A stretch of DNA of 64,000 bases from Octopus bimaculoides (lineage: Eukaryota), in assembly GCF_001194135.2 (NCBI RefSeq), contig NC_068998.1:38523585-38587584 (forward strand), given 5' to 3'. The notes under the pieces were generated by a model. The model did no database searches, was not told where the DNA came from, and worked only from the letters and a program-made list of their open reading frames with translations. Within the stretch, counting starts at the first letter, position 1. Each line of letters starts with the position of its first letter. Positions 27,336-37,524 of the stretch are shown one piece after another. The position numbers and the translations under genes were made by a program.

Positions 27336-27491
27336 ATTTTGTGATCGTATTACTACGAAAATAGCACAACATTATCATACAACCACAACAACATCACCAT
27401 CCGAATACTACAAACGATACATTACCGTAAACACAAGCACTCCGTCGCTTACGACAACGAGGGTTCCAGTTGATCCGATCAATGAAACAGC

Positions 27492-27627
27492 TTGCTTCTT
27501 TCAGTTTCCGTCTACCAAATCCACTCACAAGGCTTTGGTTGACCCGTGGTTACATTAGAAGTCACTTGCCCAAAGTACTTATCAGTAGGACTGAACCTGG
27601 AACCATGTGGTTGGGAAGCAAGCTTCT
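27492..27627 (-). mobile_element. SINE family A, joined to a family D tail at 27436-27491
   Basis: Sequence match. The remainder of the head is displaced to ~27795-27815. Confidence 0.75.
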
Positions 27628-28424
27628 TTATTTCATAAATTTTGCCATAAAGGCGTTACATAGAGGGGACAAACAAAGACAAACAGACATAAAGAAGCTG
27701 CGGGCTGGACACGGACATTAATGAATGAAATGAATACAAAAGGATGAGTGAAAAATGGGAGGGGCACCGGCGCTTCTCACCAAGCTTGTGGCAAGCTTCT
27801 TACCACACAGCCACACCTGACCAACATTTTGTCGAGAAACGGGCCGCATGAGACATAACATGATCAAGCGGGTATTACAACTATTTTTTTTTTAAATGGA
27901 GGTAATTTTTCGTTAGACATGCCATTCAGAAAGTCCCGCGTGCCGCAGATTGTCCATGACTGGAGTAGAGCAACGTGAAATGAAGTGTCTTGCTAAAGGA
28001 ACAAGATGCACGACCAGTTCCAGGAACTGAACCGGCAATTTTGTGAACGTGAGCCTAATGCATTAACCATTAGGCAACGTCCCTTCATATCATTTTGTTA
28101 CCATGTCGACCATCTCGATAACTTTACCAAAAGTTTGTCAACGCTATAATTTCACAATCTGCATTGCATGAACACCACCACATCATAATGACAACCATAA
28201 CACCATTACCAACAACAACAACACCCATAGCGAGGGTGCCTTTATGTGGTCGTTTGAACTGCTAAAAATAACAGCCAAATCTCCTCCCTCAAATCTCGCC
28301 CCAACGTTTTAGAAAAAGGACACTTTGCATAAAGTAGTTGTGGGTTACTTGTATATAGAAAAACGTTGAGACAGCAACGGCTGGAAGGTCTCTGATCTCA
28401 GGCCTGTCGTACCATATGCAAACA

Positions 28425-28432
28425 CAGATATG

Positions 28433-28463
<31 letters not shown>

Positions 28464-29788
28464 GCATACACACACATACACTTACACGTTCGCACACACA
28501 CGCATACATGCACACATATACTCACACCCACACCCACACCACCATTATCATTACAATCTACTACACCACATGCACACACATATACACACGTCACACGCAT
28601 CTCACACACATGCCACATACTAAACATCATACGCGTAGATTACACATCTACTCATACTTCTCTTCCATACCGTCTCCACCATTTCTACATCGCTTTAATA
28701 TTAATATCACATACATACACACACAAACAGCACATATCATGCACACATTTCACACAAACATACAATGCACACACACATCTCACACACAATGCATAGACAC
28801 AATACACACATACACACACACGCACCTCACCACAAACATTACCCCGACCACATCACCTCTACACCAATTCCACTCGTACATATATACGCTGTATAACTGA
28901 CACACATTTCACGCAAACTCACAATGCATACGTACATCTCACAAACACTACATACACACAATACACATACATAACCCTCCCTCTCTCTCTCTCTCCTCCA
29001 CACATACACTAAGTCGCACACCATCTCGACTACATCACCACCACTCCTACACTACACACAGCACATATCACACGCACATTTCACACAAACGCACAATGCA
29101 TACATCCATCTCACACACAACGCATACACATACTACACACACACACACACACACACACTTCCTCTCTCTCTCTCTCTTCCACACATACACTCACGCGCCA
29201 TCACGACTACATCACCACCACACCTACACTACACACATCACATATCACACGCAAACTTCACACAACACACAATGCATACATATATTTCATGTTTAATACA
29301 CAGCCACATCTCACACATTTCACGCCAACATAATACATACACGCACCTCATACAATACATATTAGAAACATACATCGCACAAAATATACGCTCAATACAT
29401 AACTCACACACAAACACAACAAACACATATATCGCACACAATACATACACACATTTCACAGAATACGCACAGATACATTATACTATGCACATAACACACG
29501 CATTAGATACACTTCGCATATACTATTTACACACAGACAATTTATACATGCACATCCTACAAACAAACCATCACCGTGCCATATATACATACATATACAT
29601 TACACAACGCGCATATGTCACGCACGCATACGAAGATCTCACACACACTATTGACGTACAACGCATACACCGTCACCAGACACCACTCGCACACACCACA
29701 CCGCATCACACCGCATCACACCACACCAAACCACATATCACTTCCACACACGTACAATACATACACACTTCTCACGCAGGAATATACA

Positions 29789-29820
<32 letters not shown>

Positions 29821-30165
29821 CATATACATATACATATATATATATTATATAGGCACGCACACATGCCACACACAAATCAGGCATTTGTAATTAAGTATAC
29901 CACATTTACACATATTGGACACGTGCATATACGCACGTTAGACTTATACACATACACACACACACACGACATATAAACACATACCACATACACACTCACA
30001 CACGCTGCAGACACACATTAAACACATACATACACACGCAACACACGCTTATCAGACACATACACGCACGCACACCACACACACACCACACACATACACA
30101 CACTCATCAGACACATACATACACAATACAGATACACACATTATACACACACACACACACACAAT
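28425..30165. repeat. CA-rich low-complexity tract with ~160-175-bp tandem units at 28740-29290
   Basis: cacaatgca recurs at ~28761, ~28920, ~29093 and ~29268. gactacatcaccacca recurs at ~29028 and ~29204. Confidence 0.85.
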
Positions 30166-31040
30166 ACACATAAATAGATTTCTTGAGAGAAACCCAATTC
30201 ATTTATTTTCATTGTTATTATTATTATTATTATTTTTGTTGCTGTTTGCAGTGGTGAAGGTGGGGGCGGGGGGCGGTGGAGGTTTAGCTTTGTTGCTGTT
30301 GTTGTTGTAGACGTTGGTGGTGGTGGGGGTGGTGTAGTAATAGTTGTTGTTATTNNNNNNNNNNNNNNNNNNNNNNNNNNNNNNNNNNNNNNNNNNNNNN
30401 NNNNNNNNNNNNNNNNNNNNNNNNNNNNNNNNNNNNNNNNNNNNNNNNNNNNNNNNNNNNNNNNNNNNNNNNNNNNNNNNNNNNNNNNNNNNNNNNNNNN
30501 NNNNNNNNNNNNNNNNNNNNNNNNNNNNNNNNNNNNNNNNNNNNNNNNNNNNNNNNNNNNNNNNNNNNNNNNNNNNNNNNNNNNNNNNNNNNNNNNNNNN
30601 NNNNNNNNNNNNNNNNNNNNNNNNNNNNNNNNNNNNNNNNNNNNNNNNNNNNNNNNNNNNNNNNNNNNNNNNNNNNNNNNNNNNNNNNNNNNNNNNNNNN
30701 NNNNNNNNNNNNNNNNNNNNNNNNNNNNNNNNNNNNNNNNNNNNNNNNNNNNNNNNNNNNNNNNNNNNNNNNNNNNNNNNNNNNNNNNNNNNNNNNNNNN
30801 NNNNNNNNNNNNNNNNNNNNNNNNNNNNNNNNNNNNNNNNNNNNNNNNNNNNNNNNNNNNNNNNNNNNNNNNNGGTGGTGGTGTTAGAGCTTTTATTGTT
30901 GTTGTGGGTGGTGGTGGTGGTCCTGCTTTTGTCATTGTTTTTGTTGGTGGAGATGATGTGGTGGTGGTGGTAGAACTTTTGTTGTTGTTAGTGGCGGTGG
31001 AGGAGTTTTTGTTGTTGTTGTCGTCGTCGTCTCGTCGTTG

Positions 31041-31072
<32 letters not shown>

Positions 31073-31636
31073 GGTGGTGTAGCTGTTTGTAAAGTCAGTG
31101 TTTCATTTATGGCTGTTGTTCCACTTTCTGTGTTTGTTTCTTGACGACGAAACGTTTAAACGTTGCCGCGATTCTTATTTTAACCCCGAGTCAATCCTGA
31201 TTGAGCAGACCTCAGATCAACACCATTCCAGTCATGACCACCCAAAACATTTTGCTAAGCACATATATGTGTGTGTGTGTGTGTGTGAGCGTGTGTGCGC
31301 ATGAGTGTGTACATGTAGTGTGTGTGTGTGTAAGTTTACATTAGTCGTTGTCCTTCACGTGTGATTTGAAGAAGATTTGACTGTTGCTTTTAGCGACCGT
31401 AAACGGACTCCCTTACGTTGTTATAGTTGCTTGACCTCAAGTCAGAAGCTGATCGAGAAGATCTTTTACCAAAAGCGTTCGAGCCGTGACCATCCCATCT
31501 TTTTGAACATCCAGATTTGCATTGCCTAAACCAGTGGCCCTTAATAATTCTTCACCTATGGACTCCTTTGATTCCCATTTTACTCGGGTGGTCCCTTCGA
31601 GCCATTCCATGTTTATAAAATCCTATTATGTAGGTG

Positions 31637-31790
31637 TAGGCATGACTGCGTGGTAAGAAGCTTGCTTTCCAACTGCATGGTTCTGGGTTCAGTCCCACAG
31701 CGTGGCACTTTGTGCAAGTAGTATCTTCTACTCTAACATGGGGCCGATCAAAGCCTTGTGAGTGGATTTAGTAGACGGAAACTGAAAACA
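31637..31790 (+). mobile_element. SINE family A
   Basis: Full match, followed by (GTCT)n and (GTAT)n. Confidence 0.85.
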
Positions 31791-31879
31791 GGTTATGTCT
31801 GTCTGTCTGTCTATCTGTCTGTCTATCTGTCTGTCTGTCTGTCTGTCTGTATGTATGTATGTATGTATGCATGTATGTA

Positions 31880-32063
31880 TGTTGTGTCGACGCCCCCAGG
31901 CGAAGAAGTAGGATCTCCCAAGGCATATAAATAGAGGTAGTCTGGCCGTGGTAGGAGTGTTGAGTAGCAGTCGAGTAGCAGTTGTGTAGTGGTTGAGTAG
32001 AGATCATCCGAAGGTGCCAGATAGCAGTAGCTTGAGATATAACAGTGGCGACGAGGATGAGAT
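31880..32063 (+). mobile_element. Short LTR (TG...CA, 165 bp) plus tRNA-Ser(GCU) primer-binding site
   Basis: Begins TGTTGTG at 31880, has TATAAATAG at ~31925 and ends ...AACA at 32044. TGGCGACGAGGATGAGAT (32046-32063) is complementary at 17/18 nt to the metazoan tRNA-Ser(GCU) 3' end (ATCCCATCCTCGTCGCCA), recalled from knowledge. Confidence 0.7.
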
Positions 32064-32584
32064 GCTCACACAGCCACAGGTAGTATTTGAGACATAACAA
32101 TGTATACATTCTGATTTAATCTTCCATGTCTTAACATGTACCTCCATGCGACAATGTAAACTTTCATTTAATCAAGATATCCTTGGCTGGAAGAGTAGCC
32201 TGCTGTATACACCACGCTTGGATATTTACCACTTCCGAGGTTCGGTTCGATATGAAACATATGTAGCCCAGATCTTATCTGCTCCATTCCTAAACTCTTG
32301 TATTCTTATTCACATACTCGGCAACCCTGTTTGCTTATCGTGAAATATATACAAGAACTTTTTTCAATTTATCGTACTTCGATAAGTAAAAAAAATCCAC
32401 AACCTTCTGTCTCAATAAAACTCTATTGTCCCTGAAAGTAGTTTTTTAAATATTTACTACGGTTTGCTTGAAGCTAACTTTCTTCCTACACCTCGATCCT
32501 GGTATCATGTATGTATGTATGTATGTATGTATGTATGTTGGCGATTTTTTCTTCCTCCGTCTTCCCTTCTTTGGACTTTCCTAT

Positions 32585-32619
32585 ATTTCCGACGAAGAGC
32601 TCCGCTCGAAACGTCAAAT
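32585..32619 (+). ncRNA. Minimal hammerhead ribozyme, U4C core variant (family HH-2)
   Basis: Reads ATTT-CCGACGA-A-GAGC(TCC)GCTC-GAAACGTC-AAAT. Stem I is ATTT/AAAT and the triplet is GUC. Pyrimidine-rich flanks resemble the 7720-7830 minus-strand copy. Confidence 0.7.
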
Positions 32620-32759
32620 TCTCTTTCTTTCCTTTCCCGAGCGTCCAGTAACACAATATCTGTATCACGTCCTCGTGTTGTTGTTTTTTGTTTTTTGTTT
32701 TTTTTTTGTCGTTTTTCTTTTTTGAACTCACTATGTATGTATGTATTGGGTTCGGCTGC

Positions 32760-32800
32760 TCTACATTGATAAGGGCAGCACCTTGAAACTAGTCTGTAGA
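32760..32800 (+). ncRNA. Hammerhead ribozyme with U3-A8 compensated core (family HH-3)
   Basis: Reads TCTACA-TTGATAA-GGG(CAGCAC)CTT-GAAACTAGTC-TGTAGA. Stem I is a perfect 6 bp, stem III is the palindrome ACUAGU, the triplet is GUC, and stem II is weak (two G.U pairs). Confidence 0.7.
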
Positions 32801-33269
32801 TGCCAGACCAGCAAGGGGAAGCGGCTGACCTCCCCCGTTCGAAGGTTATAATGGACACAGGTTCGTGTGTCACATAGCTAGCTAGAGGCGATGGCCTCTT
32901 GGAGCTAATCAACGGCAGCGTTCGCCATTGCGCCTCCACAATCAGCATACTACCAGGTATATAACCAAGGTTTAAAATAACTACTTAAAAATTGTTAAAA
33001 AGTGTTTTGTGTATTGTAGAAGTATAGAACCAATTTCTAAACATAAATTTTAACAACAGAAATCTTACATGGACCTGCTTAGGGTCATATGAACCCCGGT
33101 TAAGAACCACGGGCTCAACGCATTCTCTTCCTTTTTAAAGCCGGTATAGGATATGACTTGAAAGAGACTTAACTGCTATTTCTAGCTACGCGATCAAGTT
33201 GAGACCCTACCCCATCCACTACAATCGGTGTTGCAGGTGGTGGTGGCATTGGAACACGTTTTGTGGTTG

Positions 33270-33366
33270 CCGGCGACGATGACGACGACAAAGAGGACAT
33301 GGACGACGACGATGACGACAGCGATGATTATGATGATGATGACGACAATAATAATAATGATGATGA

Positions 33367-33411
<45 letters not shown>

Positions 33412-33760
33412 TGATGATGGTGATGATGATGATGACGACGACGATGATGACGATGATGATGATGATGAAGACGACGATGATGATGATGATGATGATGACG
33501 ACGACGACGACGATGATGATGATGATGACGACGACGACGACGATGATGATGATGATGTATCTTTATTGTTGGTAATGGTGATGTGGATGAATGTTATTTT
33601 TCTCTTTTTTGCTGTTTTTTGCTTTTGTTGATGTCGTTGGCAATTGTTCTGTCAGCATTATCATCATTACTACCATCACCATCATCATCACCATCACCAT
33701 CACCACCAACATCATCATCATCATCATCGTGGTCGTCGTCATCGCCATAAAAAAAATCAC
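33270..33760. repeat. (GAY)n tract followed by (CAT/CAC)n tract
   Basis: Direct reading. This tract produces the spurious poly-D, poly-M and poly-T ORFs. Confidence 0.95.
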
Positions 33761-33956
33761 CGCCACCGACACCGCCATCCCCGCCACCAGATCTGTCTTC
33801 GTTACTGTTATCAGGAACTCCTCTTAAAGGTTGTCATGACATCGACCTATGACCTTTAATACAGTCATCAAACAAGCAGGCTTACGGGAGTGGGGGCAAT
33901 GTGGGTTCACTGACTTAATCCCCTTTTACTGCTCCTCCCCCCACCACAGACACCAT

Positions 33957-33993
<37 letters not shown>

Positions 33994-34108
33994 CAGCTTT
34001 ATCTGCTTTTGTACAAAGTTACGGAGGTGCCTCTATGTAACATTTCGGCTACCTTGGTACAAAAACTATGCCCTGTAACTAGGACCTTAAAACACATACA
34101 TACATACA

Positions 34109-34139
<31 letters not shown>

Positions 34140-35044
34140 GCATACACAGAGGCATGCATATATTCATAAATGCACACACACACACACATATATAGTTCAA
34201 ATTTGCAGAAAACAAAAGATGAAAACAGGTATAGGAACAACAAACAGGTGTATTACTTTGCGCTCGGGATATATATANNNNNNNNNNNNNNNNNNNNNNN
34301 NNNNNNNNNNNNNNNNNNNNNNNNNNNNNNNNNNNNNNNNNNNNNNNNNNNNNNNNNNNNNNNNNNNNNNNNNNNNNNNNNNNNNNNNNNNNNNNNNNNN
34401 NNNNNNNNNNNNNNNNNNNNNNNNNNNNNNNNNNNNNNNNNNNNNNNNNNNNNNNNNNNNNNNNNNNNNNNNNNNNNNNNNNNNNNNNNNNNNNNNNNNN
34501 NNNNNNNNNNNNNNNNNNNNNNNNNNNNNNNNNNNNNNNNNNNNNNNNNNNNNNNNNNNNNNNNNNNNNNNNNNNNNNNNNNNNNNNNNNNNNNNNNNNN
34601 NNNNNNNNNNNNNNNNNNNNNNNNNNNNNNNNNNNNNNNNNNNNNNNNNNNNNNNNNNNNNNNNNNNNNNNNNNNNNNNNNNNNNNNNNNNNNNNNNNNN
34701 NNNNNNNNNNNNNNNNNNNNNNNNNNNNNNNNNNNNNNNNNNNNNNNNNNNNNNNNNNNNNNNNNNNNNNNNNNNNNNNNNNNNNNNNNNNNNNNNNNNN
34801 NNNNNNNNNNNNNNNNNNNNNNNNNNNNNNNNNNNNNNNNNNNNNNNNNNNNNNNNNNNNNNNNNNNNNNNNNNNNNNNNNNNNNNNNNNNNNNNNNNNN
34901 NNNNNNNNNNNNNNNNNNNNNNNNNNNNNNNNNNNNNNNNNNNNNNNNNNNNNNNNNNNNNNNNNNNNNNNNNNNNNNNNNNNNNNNNNNNNNNNNATCT
35001 CAATACTGTGGTTGACATCAGGTAGCCATAGGCTGTGAAAGTGC

Positions 35045-35315
35045 TTTAATCAGCATACTTCATTTATTATTTATGCGCCCTTTTTAAAGCCTAGCCAGGC
35101 TCATGGGCCCAGTTTCCCGGTTTCTATGGCGTATGTGTTCCCCACCAGCTGGACGGGACGCCAGTCCATGGCAGCGTTACTCAAGAAACAGGAAGAAAGA
35201 GTGAGAGAAAGTTGGGGCGAAAGAGTACAACAGGAGTCGCCGCCACCCCCTGCCGGAGCCTTATGGAGCTTAGGTGTTTTCGTTCAATAAACACACACAA
35301 CGCCCGGTCTGGGAA
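35045..35315 (-). mobile_element. SINE head H2 + tail T2
   Basis: Minus strand: attcccagaccgggcgttgtg...ctgccatggactggcgtcccgtccagc...gaaaccgggaaac. Confidence 0.8.
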
Positions 35316-36081
35316 TATATATATATATATATGCATGCGTACGTACTACGTACATACATCAATGCATGCATACGTACGTACGTACATGCATAAGTAAATG
35401 CATGCAAAAAGCATAAACACATACATGCATACATGCATACACACACATACATACACACACGCATACATACATACATACATACATACATACATACATACAA
35501 ACATACAAACATACATACAAACACATATACATAAATGCATACATACATAGATACATAAATGCATAAATACACACATATGTACAAAACATGGTGCCTGTTA
35601 ACTGGCAGACAATAATATCGCATGCATCACTGACAAATCATCTCAACCAGGACGTTAAAGACAATGGCAGCCAGTAAAGCTCCTGCTGAAATTTAATGTC
35701 TGTAACAGCTTGAACAGAACTTCAAAAACACTCAGCTACGAAGCCAACGTGTCCTGAAACAAGCAAGACGAAGATTTCTGGCCCTGCAATGAGGCAGGTG
35801 TTATTTCGGAATTTTCTCCTCCAAGAAAGATGCTTAAATAAAGACTAGAGGTACTCTCACTCCCACCTGTTGGATGGTCGTTGATTTTACTGAGTTCATT
35901 CGTCCCCTGACAGGTTTAATTTTCCGTCCAGCGGGTGTCCAGCGAAAACCACACTCCACACCAAGCAAGCTTGGTAGGGTTACCAGTTCAGTCGCCGACA
36001 GCCTGACCATGTGATAAGTTCTATTGGGTTACAGGTTACCAGTTGCGCTAGGATTGACATACATACATACATAAACAAAAG

Positions 36082-36280
36082 ATCAAAATAAGCAACACGG
36101 ATTTTAAAGATGACTGCAGTACGCACGTTTCATGCTACTCCATTTATTTAAGTAATGCGAGCATTACATTAAATGCAATATGTAGAGCAATCTTCAGCTG
36201 CTCGCGTTACTTAAATAAATGAAGTAGCATGAAACGTGCGTACTGCAGTCATCTTTAAAATCCGTGTTGCTTATTTTGAT
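36082..36280. repeat. 82-bp near-perfect inverted repeat (hairpin or MITE-like)
   Basis: Arms 36082-36163 and 36199-36280 differ at 2 positions, with a 35-nt spacer. Confidence 0.95.
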
Positions 36281-36329
36281 TTTTTTGATCACCTTGCTTT
36301 TAGAATGGTTTTTGCATAATACCATACTA

Positions 36330-37230
36330 TATTTTGGTGCCTAAACATAAGTACCATATTCAATTTTGAATCTAAATCTAAATCTTTTACATAAACAACA
36401 GAGATAGTGAAATCTTTGGAGTTGCAGGATGCAACCGAAAATGTAAATTATGTCATTTCTGTGGAAGACATCTTACATGTGATTAGCAGCAGCCGGAAAA
36501 TGTCATCAAGGTACTACTTCCTAATCCGACACGACGATGTAAAAGCAATATACAATGTGTCCACAAGGTCTGGGTACATGGAGTAAATAACATCATAACA
36601 TAAACAATTAAATATAAGAAATAATATTTTTTTAAAGTATGTGTTAATCCCCATGTACCCAGACTTTGTGGACGCCCTGTACAATGACATCTTGGAAAAG
36701 ACTGTCCTGAATTAAAGATAGAGAATCCTCCTGCTATTGAGCACGTATACAAATACCAGCACAAGGAATGCTGGTGGAATATTCCCATGAGAACATCTGT
36801 CAAGTGTAAGCATAACAGGCCGAATATTGCTGATTGGGACAGACAAGGAAAAGTAATGTACCATCATTGAGGTGGGCTGTCCTTCCTGATGAGAAAGAAG
36901 ATAACTATAGACCACTGCTTCGAAACCTCCAGCTCCTTTATCTGGAGTGCAAATTTATATTTATTTCAATAGTAATTGGAACACTTGGTTTTGTAAGTAA
37001 ATGCTTGTCAATCTGGAAAAGCTTGCATTTTCAGAAAAAGAAATCAACCAACTGACTCGCACATAACAAATACAATCTGTAAGCGGAACGGTAAAACTAT
37101 GCAAGACTTTTCTCGAGTTTGAAATGTGACATTGTTTTCGTTATCTACATTTCAACGGTAGAGCTTTGTATTTGTAGTAGAAACTAATTCCTTCTTCGAA
37201 GGAGGAATTTAAATAATTAAAAAACAGAAA
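36330..37230 (+). mobile_element. Dong/R4-like LINE 3' half (CCHC knuckle, RLE, 3' UTR) ending in (TACA)n
   Basis: Translations CKLCH..VEDILHVISSSRKMSSRYY, KHNRPNI, TIIEVGCP, EKEDNYRPLLRNLQ and QIQSVSGTVKLCKTFL. Interrupted by a MITE at 36553-36679. Confidence 0.85.
36553..36679. mobile_element. 127-bp Tc1/mariner-type MITE
   Basis: Terminal inverted repeats tgtccacaaggtctgggtacatg / catgtacccagactttgtggacg, TA on both sides. Same element as 63430-63556 in the opposite orientation. Confidence 0.85.
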
Positions 37231-37486
37231 AGTACATACATACATACATACATACAAACATACATACATACGTACATACATACATACATACATACATACA
37301 TTAATTAACTTCATTAGCTTACATCTGTTTCTGCTATGGGAGGCATCACACTCAGAGCTGAGTGCTTGTGCAACATCTAATGAAGCTATTGAAATTGATT
37401 ATGTAATTCCTTTTCCCTGGTAAATTCAATAACTATTACGCTGTGTGAGTGAGTGTGTGAGTAAGTTAGAGAGAGAGAGAGAGAGT

Positions 37487-37524
<38 letters not shown>

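Noticed and set aside
32181-32271. Hammerhead with GAAAC-ATAT-GTA and a long stem II region
   Set aside because: The core (TGGAAGA) has two mismatches and the ~55-nt stem II region has no clear fold.
33263-33631. Poly-aspartate ORF resembling acidic biomineralisation proteins
   Set aside because: It is a pure (GAY)n microsatellite open in all three frames, with no signal peptide, splice context or unique coding sequence.
35640-36060. Possible LINE (RTE-like) terminal region
   Set aside because: The impression came from sequence style only. There are no protein motifs or second copy in the window to support a call.
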